Shown one piece after another: positions 8,664 to 17,390 of a stretch of 32,000 bases of DNA. Source of the stretch: Methanothermobacter marburgensis str. Marburg. GTDB lineage: Archaea; Methanobacteriota; Methanobacteria; Methanobacteriales; Methanothermobacteraceae. Position numbers and translations under genes: made by a program. The stretch spans positions 1,140,001-1,172,000 of the forward strand of contig NC_014408.1 in NCBI RefSeq assembly GCF_000145295.1. Direction: 5' to 3'. Every line of letters starts with the position of its first letter. Position 1 is the first letter of the stretch. Below the pieces are notes generated by a model. It saw only the letters and a program-made list of their open reading frames with translations. It did not search any database and had not been told where the DNA came from.

Positions 8664-9500
8664 TTGTTTGATAGGATGTTCAGATCATACAAGCCGCTCA
8701 TAGCAATACCTGCAGCCATAACACTGCTGGCCCTTCTCCTTGTGGTTTTCCATGGTCTCAATGAAAGCGTGGACCTCAGGGGCGGGGCTCTCGCAGAGCT
8801 AACCCTTGAGAAGAGCATCAGTGGTCCGGAACTGGAATCACTCCTCAAGGGTGAACTGGGCCTGGATGATGTGAAGGTGCTCTCGGTGACAGGTAAAAGG
8901 GCGACGGTACAGTTCGGTACCGATGTGGATGTTGTCAGGGTGAGTGATGCCCTTAAGGGAACCGCGACCATAAACAGTTACAAGTCAGTAGGACCTGTAC
9001 TGAGCAAGCAGGCACTGAATCAGATATACTGGGCCGTTGGATTCGCATTCCTCTTCATGTCGATCACCGTTTTCATAGTATTCAGGGACCCGATACCCTC
9101 CATCGCTATTATCCTTGCAGCAGCGTCCGACATAATAATAGCGGTTGGTGGTATGTCACTCTTCGGCATACCCCTCTCCCTTGCCTCAGTGGGGGCCATA
9201 CTCATGCTCATAGGTTACAGTGTGGACACGGATATTCTCCTCACAACCAGGATCCTGAAACAGAGGAAGGGTGACATCAACCAGAGGGCTCTTGGGGCCA
9301 TGAAGACGGGGCTCACCATGTCCATATCGGCCATAGCCTCAATGACAGCCCTGTACCTGGTCACTGTCTTCCTCATGCCGGAGGCACAGGTCCTCAGTAA
9401 CATAGCCGCTGTACTCATAATAGGGCTCCTTGCAGACATCATAACCACCTGGCTCATGAACCTTGGAATTCTGAGGTGGTACCTGGAGGTTAAAGCATGA
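8664..9500 (+). CDS. secF: Protein-export membrane protein SecF
   Basis: An N-terminal TM helix, a periplasmic-type loop, then 5 TM segments with the SecD/F motif ([14 protein letters not shown]). The start is ambiguous. AGGTGA (8653-8658) lies 5 nt before the TTG at 8664. Alternatives are GTG 8655 and ATG 8676. Confidence 0.85.
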   Translation: MFDRMFRSYKPLIAIPAAITLLALLLVVFHGLNESVDLRGGALAELTLEKSISGPELESLLKGELGLDDVKVLSVTGKRATVQFGTDVDVVRVSDALKGTATINSYKSVGPVLSKQALNQIYWAVGFAFLFMSITVFIVFRDPIPSIAIILAAASDIIIAVGGMSLFGIPLSLASVGAILMLIGYSVDTDILLTTRILKQRKGDINQRALGAMKTGLTMSISAIASMTALYLVTVFLMPEAQVLSNIAAVLIIGLLADIITTWLMNLGILRWYLEVKA

Positions 9501-10705
9501 ACAGGAAGGTTTCAAAATTCCTCAAAGATTACAGGGTTATACTCCTCCTTGTCCTCGTTGCAGGCAGTATAGCTGCGGTGTCAACCCTGGGGATCCAGCA
9601 GGGTCTTGACCTCAAGGGGGGTTCGCTCATACAGATAAAGCTTGAAAAGCCGGTGGATGCTGCCACAATGAATACAGTGACAAGCGTGCTGGACAAGAGG
9701 CTCAACATATTCGGTGTCAAGGACGTGAAGGTGCGTGCCAGTGGCGATCAGAACGTTATAGTTGAAATTGCAGGGGTCCAGCCAGATCAGGTTGCAGACA
9801 TAGTTGGTAAACCAGGTAAATTTGAGGCCAGGATAGGAAACGAGACCGTCCTCACAGGGGCGGACATTGTGAGTGTTCAGGCACCCATAATCACAGCCAA
9901 TGAATGGGAGGTGCCCTTCAAGCTTTCAACTGCAGGGGCGCAGAGGTTCGCTGAGGCTGCCAGGGGCAAAGCAGGGCAGCCAGTCAACATGTACCTGGAT
10001 GACCGTCTGATCACCTCCCCTGAGATTTCACCGGAGGTTGCAACAGGAAAACCGACCACTGATGTCAGTATAACCGGGGCTGAGAACAGCAAGGAAGAGG
10101 CTGAGGCTCAGGCCAAGGAGATAGAGACACTCCTGAAATCAGGGTCTCTTCCTGTGAAGGTTAAAATTGTTGGTGTGAGCAGTGTATCTGCAGAACTTGG
10201 AAAACAGTTTGTGGAGGGTGCACTCATCGCAGGGCTTCTTGCTGTCCTTGCAATTGCCGTCATACTCATAATACGCTACAGGACACCCATCCTTGTTGTG
10301 CCCATCTTCATGACGACACTTGCGGAACTCATAATCATCCTTGGTGCTGCTGCTGTTATAAGGTGGAACATTGACCTTGCGGCAATAGCAGGTATGCTGG
10401 CAGCCATAGGTACCGGTGTGGATGACCAGATCATCATAACAGACGAGGTACTGGCAGGTGAGGGCAGGAGAACCAGACGTAAGTTCAGGATAAAGGATGC
10501 CTTCTTCATAATATTCGCATCTGCAGGTACCCTTATAGCTGCAATGCTTCCGCTGGCCTACGTTGGCTTTGCAAGGGGTGCCACCGGTATAGGTCTCCTT
10601 GCAGGTTTCGCATTCACCACCGTCCTTGGTGTGCTCATAGGTGTATTTATAACAAGGCCAGTGTATGCAAAGTTCATTGAAACCTTCAATCTGGGTAGAA
10701 GGTGA
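9497..10705 (+). CDS. secD: Protein-export membrane protein SecD
   Basis: 402 aa, with an N-terminal TM helix, a large extracytoplasmic domain and a C-terminal 5-TM SecD/F block ([15 protein letters not shown]). The ATG overlaps the secF stop (ATGA at 9497-9500). SD GGAGGT lies 6 nt upstream. Confidence 0.85.
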   Translation: MNRKVSKFLKDYRVILLLVLVAGSIAAVSTLGIQQGLDLKGGSLIQIKLEKPVDAATMNTVTSVLDKRLNIFGVKDVKVRASGDQNVIVEIAGVQPDQVADIVGKPGKFEARIGNETVLTGADIVSVQAPIITANEWEVPFKLSTAGAQRFAEAARGKAGQPVNMYLDDRLITSPEISPEVATGKPTTDVSITGAENSKEEAEAQAKEIETLLKSGSLPVKVKIVGVSSVSAELGKQFVEGALIAGLLAVLAIAVILIIRYRTPILVVPIFMTTLAELIIILGAAAVIRWNIDLAAIAGMLAAIGTGVDDQIIITDEVLAGEGRRTRRKFRIKDAFFIIFASAGTLIAAMLPLAYVGFARGATGIGLLAGFAFTTVLGVLIGVFITRPVYAKFIETFNLGRR

Positions 10706-10723
10706 TCTGAAGGTGGGTATGAG

Positions 10724-11188
10724 ATGAAGAAACCCTTTGAACTGCGGGTCAAGCCGATAAAGAACGGGACGGTTATAGACCATATAACCGCCAACAGGGC
10801 CCTCAATGTACTCAATATCCTTGGATTGCCCGATGGAAGGAGCAAGGTGACGGTTGCCATGAACATGGATTCATCCCAGCTTGGCTCCAAGGACATTGTT
10901 AAGATAGAGAACAGGGAACTTGAGTCATCAGAGGTGGATCAGATAGCCCTGATAGCCCCGCGGGCCACCATAAACATCATAAGGGATTACAAGATTGTTG
11001 AAAAGGCCAAGGTGAGGCTTCTGGATGAGGTTAGGGGCATCCTGAGGTGTCCCAACCCCAACTGTATCACCAACAGCGATGAGGGCGTTGAGAACAGGTT
11101 CTATGTAATATCAAAGGAACCTGTGATGCTGCGATGCTATTACTGTGAGCGCCTCATTGAGACCGAGGAGATAGAATCCCAGTTTTAG
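10724..11188 (+). CDS. pyrI: Aspartate carbamoyltransferase regulatory chain PyrI
   Basis: [15 protein letters not shown] in the N-terminal allosteric domain. A C-terminal zinc domain is present (CPNPNCIT...CYYCERL). Confidence 0.9.
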   Translation: MKKPFELRVKPIKNGTVIDHITANRALNVLNILGLPDGRSKVTVAMNMDSSQLGSKDIVKIENRELESSEVDQIALIAPRATINIIRDYKIVEKAKVRLLDEVRGILRCPNPNCITNSDEGVENRFYVISKEPVMLRCYYCERLIETEEIESQF

Positions 11189-11198
11189 GAGTGATTGC

Positions 11199-12869
11199 AT
11201 GAGAGAGATTAATGTATCTGTACTGGTCATCATGTTCCTGTTTCTTGTATCGCCGGCAGCCGGTGCTGTTTTTGTAACCGATTCATCCCATACCATTATA
11301 ACGGCACCTGCGGCAGCCCATACAAAAAGTGGTCTTGTGGTGAGCAGTTACACTCCAGAGAAGTCCGTCCTCAAGTATGTTAAGGGGATGGACACAGTTG
11401 TTGTTGGTGATGTTAAGGTTAATGGGACCCGTATCCCTGCAAGGACATCCTCACTTGCACGTTACTGGAGCAGGAGCAACGTGGTTGTCCTTGGAACCGG
11501 GTCAGATATCTCAGCAGCATATGCTGCAATAAAAAATGATGCCCCCCTCCTTATAAGTGGAAAGACGCTGCCATCAGCCACAAAAACAGAGATAAAGCGT
11601 TTGAAGCCCAAGAAGATAATCATATGCGCCCCTGCATCAGCCATACCCTCATCATCACTGAAGGGCCTTGGCATACCCTACCAGAGGGTGTGGTATGGCA
11701 GTGATTCAGCCACACTGAGCGCCCTCCAGCCAAAATCGGGACCTGTTATCATGGCACCCAGGTCGCTTCTCCCCGTGGCGATGACACTCTGGAGATCAGG
11801 CGTATTCTCCACATCCACATCAGTCAGAGTCAATGGAACCGTTCTCTGGTCATCATGCTATCCAACCACATCTGTTATAATGAACCGCTACGCTTCAGGT
11901 ACGCCAGAGACCATATACTTGAGTTCAGACAGGTTGAATGGTGTTAATGGAAGAACACTCATGGAATCCATAAAGGCAGAGATAGCAGGGTCAGCCAGGG
12001 TTATAATAGATGAGAGGTCACCGGCCCCCGGGGAAGCCGACCGTGCCATTAAGAATGCCCCCCCAGGATCCCTTGCTGTTTACATAGCAGCCGCATGTCC
12101 CGGGACGATGTACAGTACCATCTCAGGAATAAAATCAGGTTACCTCAGATCATACGCCTCCAGTCTCGACGGGGTGGCCTATGTGAACTACGGTAGCCTC
12201 AACCTTGAGAAGACCAGCTACCTATCCAGGGCCTGGGATGATAACTTCTCAAATGTCTACTTTGCAGGGATCAATAAACCCTCAGAGTACCTCAGGAGTG
12301 CAGGTATTCTCCTCCTGGAACCAAAGGTTTTACCCCAGAGCCAGCAGGTCCACTTCACAGCAATGAATCTCATCGACTACGCCTACTCTGCAGATGGCGA
12401 GCACCTTAGGGCCGTCAATTCATCAGTTTACATCGCAAGGCATGAGATCGATCCAACCACACTCTCAGCAGATGCCCGCCGTATAGTCAGTGGTAACACA
12501 ACCGAAATGGCTAGGGAGGAGTGGGTCTACCTTGCATCCCAGTACATAGCAGGGCTTCCCATCAGAAAGAACACAACTGCAATATCCGGCGCCAGTTCAT
12601 CAAGCAACACCTATACAGGGACACTCACAAGGGCCGAATACCGTGACGCCGCAAGGAGGGTCTATGAATTCGCAAAGACCAACAGGAGGCTTCCAGCCTA
12701 TGTCTCAGTGGGTGATAAGAAGCTTGGGAGGGACGAGTACACACTGATGTTTGCACAGATAATTCAGAACCACACAGATAAGAGCAAGATGGTGTTCCCA
12801 TCATCTGTTAAGGTGGGTGAAAGCCTCATTGACACTGTGGTCCAGTTCATAAAGGACCTCATAACATAG
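11199..12869 (+). CDS. Secreted cell-envelope protein: signal peptide, a CWB2-like (cell wall binding repeat 2) module, an unassigned central region, and a C-terminal pseudomurein-binding repeat (PMBR)
   Basis: Signal peptide MREINVSVLVIMFLFLVSPAAGA. VVVLGTGSDISAAYAAIKNDAPLLISGKTLPSATKTEIKRLKPKKIIICAPASAIPSSSLKGL resembles CW_binding_2. The C-terminal YRDAARRVYEFAKTNRRLPAYVSVGDKKLGRDEYTLMFAQIIQN matches the PMBR pattern (A..V..y....n.rLP.yV...g..l....y..l.a..i). SD GGAGTGAT precedes the ATG. Confidence 0.6.
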   Translation: MREINVSVLVIMFLFLVSPAAGAVFVTDSSHTIITAPAAAHTKSGLVVSSYTPEKSVLKYVKGMDTVVVGDVKVNGTRIPARTSSLARYWSRSNVVVLGTGSDISAAYAAIKNDAPLLISGKTLPSATKTEIKRLKPKKIIICAPASAIPSSSLKGLGIPYQRVWYGSDSATLSALQPKSGPVIMAPRSLLPVAMTLWRSGVFSTSTSVRVNGTVLWSSCYPTTSVIMNRYASGTPETIYLSSDRLNGVNGRTLMESIKAEIAGSARVIIDERSPAPGEADRAIKNAPPGSLAVYIAAACPGTMYSTISGIKSGYLRSYASSLDGVAYVNYGSLNLEKTSYLSRAWDDNFSNVYFAGINKPSEYLRSAGILLLEPKVLPQSQQVHFTAMNLIDYAYSADGEHLRAVNSSVYIARHEIDPTTLSADARRIVSGNTTEMAREEWVYLASQYIAGLPIRKNTTAISGASSSSNTYTGTLTRAEYRDAARRVYEFAKTNRRLPAYVSVGDKKLGRDEYTLMFAQIIQNHTDKSKMVFPSSVKVGESLIDTVVQFIKDLIT

Positions 12870-12885
12870 ATGTGTCAAAAATCTC

Positions 12886-12936
12886 TTTTTTAATTTAATA
12901 TACCTCTTCATCTCTTTTAATTTGATATGTTTTTCT
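12886..12936 (+). terminator. Oligo-T terminator region (T6 at 12886-12891, further T-runs to about 12936) after the PMBR-protein gene
   Basis: CTCTTTTTTAATTT...CTCTTTTAATTT...TGTTTTTCTGC lies directly after the TAG at 12867-12869. Confidence 0.45.
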
Positions 12937-13088
12937 GCAAAAAACGAATACAGATAATGTTCCATTAAAAAGGAAGGAATAGGTTTATTCCCTAGATGCC
13001 TTTGTACTAAGACTTCGGCTCTGGAAGTTCCCGATAATTACCTCTTTCAGAAGCCCTTGAACACCGATATTTTCCCTGCATGACCTCA

Positions 13089-13673
13089 TCAGATGATGCC
13101 GTTGTACTTCAGGAAGGCTATCATCTGGGTGTAGGATTTTGTAACACTCCCCGATGCAACCGAACCATGGGGGGACCGGACCTCAGCTGTAACTGCAGGG
13201 ATACCTGCAAGGTTGCAGACATCCTCAAGGGCTCCTGGATAATCCTTACCTGCCACCTGTGATGGTATGAGGGCTGATCCGCTGTAACGGCTCATATAGG
13301 ATGCCATCCTGTAGCTCTCATAGGTGGGTATCCTTGTGCAGAGAATCGATGTTTTCCCGGGCACTCCACCAGGCCTTGTTGAGTGGAAGTCCCCCACGGC
13401 ACACACACCCCTTGAAGCAGCCAGCTGAACTATTCTGTTGGATGGTGTGCCCCTCACATTTGCAATGCTGTTGGGGTTCTTACCATTCCAGTACCTGTAA
13501 CTCCTGGCAGTGGATGATGGTATGAGGAACGGTACAACGTAGACCGTCCCCTTTATCCTTTTACCTGAAAGATAATTTATGAGTTTAACAGCGGCAATTG
13601 AAGCTGGAAGTTCATTTCCGTGGACCCCTGCGACTATTATAACCTTTCTGTCACCATTACCAAATGTGAACAT
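13089..13673 (-). CDS. M14-like zinc peptidase / succinylglutamate desuccinylase-aspartoacylase (AstE/AspA) family protein. Possibly the 3' part of a longer ORF interrupted by TGA.
   Basis: VIIVAGVHGNELPASIAA carries the HxxE zinc motif. VGDFHSTRPGG holds the third-ligand His, and AVTAEVRSPHG the catalytic Glu. The same frame continues upstream for 38 sense codons to a single TGA (13788-13790). It then continues into the 63-aa ORF 13788..13979 (see findings). Confidence 0.6.
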   Translation of the reverse strand: MFTFGNGDRKVIIVAGVHGNELPASIAAVKLINYLSGKRIKGTVYVVPFLIPSSTARSYRYWNGKNPNSIANVRGTPSNRIVQLAASRGVCAVGDFHSTRPGGVPGKTSILCTRIPTYESYRMASYMSRYSGSALIPSQVAGKDYPGALEDVCNLAGIPAVTAEVRSPHGSVASGSVTKSYTQMIAFLKYNGII

Positions 13674-14015
13674 TGGAGTGCCCTTTTTTGCAGCCTGAAA
13701 AACCTCTGATGTTACCGATGTGTGGGGGGAGTAGTGCCTGATGTAATAGTTCTTTGATACATCCCCCCTGTACCAGTATAGATAATCTCAGTTTTGAGTG
13801 CCGAAGCCACGGGTACAGATGAAAGGAAAAGTGCTACTGTAATAAGAATCGTTAGAAACTTCAACTGTGCTTTTCTCATAATCCTCACCTGCCATATCTA
13901 TATTCAGCATCATATATTGGTTTTTGGTTCCAGGAAAGGACTTGAAAATTCTGTCTCCTCCATCACATCCAGAGAGCATTGAAATGATGGCTGCTATTAA
14001 AAAAGGTTGAAAATG

Positions 14016-15194
14016 TTATATATCAGATGTCAGATGCCTTGCGAGGCGCCTTGCAAGTGCCATGAGGGTGAGGATTGGTGGAGCCCCTGGTGCCTCAGGC
14101 AGGACACTTGCATCGGCCACAAAGAGGCCCTGAATGGATGTTTCAAGGTTCGCGTCTACAACATCCCCTATTGCAGCTGTGCCCCCGGGGTGGGCTCCAC
14201 GGGGGCGTGTGGATCGTAGGGTATCCGCCCTTACACCTGCCTCAGATAGAACCGCCCCTGCAAGGGCAGCGCCCTCAGCGAGATACCTCACATCCCTCTG
14301 GGTGTGGTGCTTCACAACCCTATTAGCCTCCACACGGCCGCAGGCCTCATCCCTTATCTTGACCATGAGCCCCAGGACGTCACTCCTATTCCTCTCAGGA
14401 AAGAGGAGAGTTGAGAAGTGGGGTGAAAGTATGAAGCCGTCCATTTCAATGAGGGCATTCATCTGGACCTCATCACAGAACCCGATCCCATCAAGTATGC
14501 CCCCCACCGTAACGAAGGTGTCCATGAAGAACTTTCTCCCTGCATCAATACCTGCCCTCATCAGGATTCTTGGGGTTTCAACTGCCCCTGCTGCCAGGAC
14601 AACGGTTTCATCATGGAAACTGCCTGCTGATGTTTCAAGACCCCTGACCTTCCCCCCTTCCAGAATCAGATCCCTTGCCTCTGTCTCCTTAACCAGCACC
14701 GCGCCGTGTTCAATGGCCTCATCCATGAATTCCCTGGCAGACCATTTGGCACTCCTGGGGCAGCCAAAGGAGCATTTACCGCATGGTCTGCATTTTTCGG
14801 GTCTTATGAACTTCGGCATCCTCCTTATTTCAAGCCCAAGGGACTCTGCCGCATCCATGATGAGTGCAGTCCCCCTCCCGATGTGTGTATCCGGGAGTTC
14901 CCGCACATCAAGTTCCCTCTCAATGGCATCAAGATCATCTGTTATATCAACACCATAATCCTTCAGCGTGTCCTCAAGGACTCTAACGGCATTACCCGCT
15001 GCCACGAGGGTTGATCCACCCACACAGCTTGTTTTAAGGATGTCAGGGTCGTCTGAACTTTCATCATAGCACAGAAATGCATCCCTGTCCTGAACGTAGG
15101 GGCCCCTTTCTATTACGGTAACATCAAATCCTCCCACTGCAAGTTCCCTTGCAAGGGTTGCCCCTGAGGCCCCGGAACCGACTATGAGAACCAT
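14016..15194 (-). CDS. GMC-family FAD-dependent oxidoreductase with an internal CxxCxxCxxxC motif
   Basis: MVLIVGSGASGATLARELAVGGFDVTVIERGP is a dinucleotide-binding GxGxxG fold. The C-terminal GMC signature is HPGGTAAIG...GLFVADASVLPEAPGAPPILTLMALARRLA. The motif CRPCGKCSFGC lies mid-protein. AGAGGTGA sits 4-5 nt before the ATG at 15192-15194. The track TTG at 15245 would overlap the upstream gene by 8 nt. Confidence 0.7.
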   Translation of the reverse strand: MVLIVGSGASGATLARELAVGGFDVTVIERGPYVQDRDAFLCYDESSDDPDILKTSCVGGSTLVAAGNAVRVLEDTLKDYGVDITDDLDAIERELDVRELPDTHIGRGTALIMDAAESLGLEIRRMPKFIRPEKCRPCGKCSFGCPRSAKWSAREFMDEAIEHGAVLVKETEARDLILEGGKVRGLETSAGSFHDETVVLAAGAVETPRILMRAGIDAGRKFFMDTFVTVGGILDGIGFCDEVQMNALIEMDGFILSPHFSTLLFPERNRSDVLGLMVKIRDEACGRVEANRVVKHHTQRDVRYLAEGAALAGAVLSEAGVRADTLRSTRPRGAHPGGTAAIGDVVDANLETSIQGLFVADASVLPEAPGAPPILTLMALARRLARHLTSDI

Positions 15195-15237
15195 CAATTC
15201 ACCTCTTTTTCTCAGGATCTGAAAACCGGATCTGGTT

Positions 15238-15624
15238 TCATTCAAATAGCATTATGGCCCCTGTAGGGCATGAGTTCACACAGAAGCTGCATCCTATGCA
15301 CTTCTGGTCGTCAATCCTGATCTCCCAGTCATCCTCGATGCATATGGCGCTCACAGGACAGAGCGAGACGCAGGCTCCACAGTCCACGCACTTCTCCCTG
15401 TCCTTCTTTACCACCCTCATTGCAGGGTGAACCTCAATTCCAGCGTCCTCGATGAAGTCTATTCCCTCCTTCTCCTCCGGACCGCTTATCTCAACAAGCA
15501 TCTTACCCCCACGTGGGGTGATGTTGGCACGGAGTATGTTGAAATCAATGTCGTACCTCTTTATTGCCTCTGAGATTATGGATTTATTAACGATATTAGG
15601 TGAGAATTTAAGCCAGGCCTTCAT
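15238..15624 (-). CDS. NIL-domain / 2x[4Fe-4S] ferredoxin, the homocysteine-biosynthesis partner protein (MA1822-type)
   Basis: The N-terminal NIL domain contains DFNILRANI. Two canonical clusters are present, [12 protein letters not shown] and [12 protein letters not shown]. The ATG overlaps the stop of the upstream DUF39 gene (ATGA at 15621-15624). Confidence 0.85.
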   Translation of the reverse strand: MKAWLKFSPNIVNKSIISEAIKRYDIDFNILRANITPRGGKMLVEISGPEEKEGIDFIEDAGIEVHPAMRVVKKDREKCVDCGACVSLCPVSAICIEDDWEIRIDDQKCIGCSFCVNSCPTGAIMLFE

Positions 15625-17168
15625 ATTGACTCTCCCCTATTCTCCAGTTTTCCTATCAGCCTTGAAATATCCTCTGCTGTGATTATACCCTTCACCCGGT
15701 TTTCCTCATCCACTATCGGTAAACCTGATATGTTATATTTATCTATACGTCTTGCAACAACGTCAACGGGTTCATTTTCCCGTGCTACGATTACTCTGCG
15801 GGTCATTACATCCTTCAGACTTTTCTTGCCCCTTGCAACTGCATCTGCGATGTCCCATGATGTCACAATACCCCTGAGGATGCCCTGGCTGTCAACAACA
15901 GGTATATGGTTTATGTTGTTATCAACCATCTTCCTCGCCACCTCCCTGAGGTCGTCATCCTCGTGGGTTATTATGACGGGTTTGCTCTCGAGTTCCCTCA
16001 CCATGATGGAGGGCCTTCGTATTTCAAGTGGCTTTGTGGAATGGCCCCTTGATGGTAGGGGTTTTAGGGGTTCTGTGAGGAGGAAATCTCCCCCTTCAAT
16101 CCATGATTTCAGTTCCACTGCAATCTCCGTCGCCTTTTTAAGTGATGAAAGTGGAGACGTTGGGACCTCAACACCATTTATTTCAATTTTACCTGATTTG
16201 AGCTCCTTATAGTTTGTTTCCATGATAACTGGTCTTGATCTTCTTGGAACACCGTAGTCTATCACCCTGCAGACTATTTCCTCATCTGATATTCCTGTTG
16301 CAGCTGCTATATCCTCATTGAGCACTGGTATGGGTATTCCCGCCCCAACATAGAGTGTGGGGCCATACCTTGGCATGGTCGCCCCCCTCACGTATTGGGG
16401 ATCCATCTCCTTCATATCACCCCTGACCATGAGGGTCCCTGCGGCTGAAACAGGAACACCATTCTTTCTATCCACATCCGTTGAGTGCTGTGTTCCCTCC
16501 CCGATTATATAGCCCTCTGAACCGCAGAGGAATATCTTTGTGCCCACCCCTATCGTCTGGAAGTAGGGGTCGTTGAGGAGGGGGCTCAGTTCCCCTGCAC
16601 TTGAATATGTCACATTACCGTAATTTGGAAGGAGTGTTCCCATGTAGGTGTAGAGGGTCTCCTGGGTTGAATTGACGGCAACTGCATAGTTCTGGTAGCA
16701 GTTTCTGGGGTTTACCATCACCGCCTGGTTTATTGTATCAAGACTTATGAGGGTCTCCACGCTCTTTAATGGGTAGCAGTCTGTACCGTAGGCCTCTGCA
16801 ACCAGTTCTATCTCCTTTCCCCTTATGAGGTCCTCTATAACATGTGAACCTCCATAGCTGAGGCCTATCTCAGGGTCCCTGTTTGGTTGTGTTGCCCCTA
16901 TGTAGGCGTCCACAGCTGCAAGCCCTGAATATGCTTCCACACCATTCAGGTACGTTTTCGACATCTTTATTGGTGGATCAGAGTGTCCGAAGTTGAGGAA
17001 AGCTCCTGATGAACACATAGCACCAAATGTACCGGTTGTAACAACATCAACTTCTCTTGCAGCAGCTTCTGGTCCGGTTTCAGCCACAATTGCTGTCATC
17101 TCAGCTGCAGTTACGACGACAGCATCCCCATCCCTGATCTTCTGGTTTATTTCTTCAATTGTTTTCAA
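15621..17168 (-). CDS. DUF39 (COG1900a) + tandem CBS-domain protein: L-aspartate-semialdehyde sulfurtransferase for homocysteine biosynthesis (MJ0100/MA1821-type)
   Basis: 515 aa. The N-terminus [24 protein letters not shown] and the large DUF39 body match the family. The C-terminal CBS pair is [19 protein letters not shown] ... [19 protein letters not shown]. The start is TTG at 17166-17168. Confidence 0.85.
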   Translation of the reverse strand: MKTIEEINQKIRDGDAVVVTAAEMTAIVAETGPEAAAREVDVVTTGTFGAMCSSGAFLNFGHSDPPIKMSKTYLNGVEAYSGLAAVDAYIGATQPNRDPEIGLSYGGSHVIEDLIRGKEIELVAEAYGTDCYPLKSVETLISLDTINQAVMVNPRNCYQNYAVAVNSTQETLYTYMGTLLPNYGNVTYSSAGELSPLLNDPYFQTIGVGTKIFLCGSEGYIIGEGTQHSTDVDRKNGVPVSAAGTLMVRGDMKEMDPQYVRGATMPRYGPTLYVGAGIPIPVLNEDIAAATGISDEEIVCRVIDYGVPRRSRPVIMETNYKELKSGKIEINGVEVPTSPLSSLKKATEIAVELKSWIEGGDFLLTEPLKPLPSRGHSTKPLEIRRPSIMVRELESKPVIITHEDDDLREVARKMVDNNINHIPVVDSQGILRGIVTSWDIADAVARGKKSLKDVMTRRVIVARENEPVDVVARRIDKYNISGLPIVDEENRVKGIITAEDISRLIGKLENRGESI

Positions 17169-17390
17169 TATACCACATCCGGTGCTATCTGTAAAATGAA
17201 CTGATTAGTTGGTATATGGGTGTTCATTTAAATAATTTATCTAATCCACTGAATCCCACCATCTGAAGATTTGCCTACCTACAGTAGCATTCTACAAACC
17301 TTAATGATACCATCCAACTAAACATGCAAAAGAATCATAAGGCTCCACTTACAGATAAACCTAAAGAAACTTCTTGAAGGCTGATGGGAA

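Noticed and set aside
8153-8971. 272-aa ORF on the minus strand overlapping the flavodoxin and secF genes
   Set aside because: It is antisense to two well-supported genes. Its Ser/Leu/Arg/Thr-rich low-complexity composition is typical of a shadow frame, and it has no SD or motif.
10139-10783. 214-aa Cys/Tyr-rich minus-strand ORF that superficially resembles a metal-binding protein
   Set aside because: It is fully antisense to the secD membrane domain. The Cys/Tyr richness is the complement of the Ala/Val/Ile codons of TM helices. No regular CxxC spacing and no SD are present.
10724-11188. pyrI without an adjacent pyrB as a sign of rearrangement or novelty
   Set aside because: Unlinked pyrB and pyrI genes are already known in methanogens such as M. 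jannaschii. The gene looks intact, with its own SD.
12870-13088. The 219-bp convergent intergenic region and the 222-bp divergent region 17169-17390 as possible homes for tRNA or small RNA genes
   Set aside because: I could not fold any GC-rich cloverleaf-like or conserved stem architecture. There is only a 6-bp hairpin (GGAATA-GGTT-TATTCC near 12985-13000). The content is consistent with terminators and promoters.
13788-13790. The in-frame TGA in the M14-like peptidase frame as a selenocysteine codon
   Set aside because: Methanobacteriales are not known to carry the Sec machinery (it is known in Methanococcales and Methanopyrus). The flanking residues do not resemble a redox-active site, and I see no SECIS-like stem-loop downstream of the gene. 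Pseudogenisation, or an independent start at 13673, is the simpler explanation.
13980-14015. Hydrophobic stretch FLIAAIISMLSGC read as a genuine lipoprotein signal peptide
   Set aside because: It was not accepted as a feature. No start codon (canonical or SD-supported near-cognate) precedes it, and it begins right after the upstream gene's TAA. The A/T-rich DNA there (GATATATAAC) may instead be a promoter element, which would make the hydrophobic reading accidental. It is kept only as a caveat in the peptidase finding.
14134-14958. 274-aa plus-strand ORF (and 14075..14326, 14706..15014) inside the oxidoreductase gene
   Set aside because: These are antisense shadow ORFs of a gene with clear FAD/GMC motifs. 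Their composition is Ser/Pro/Arg-rich and they have no initiation signals.
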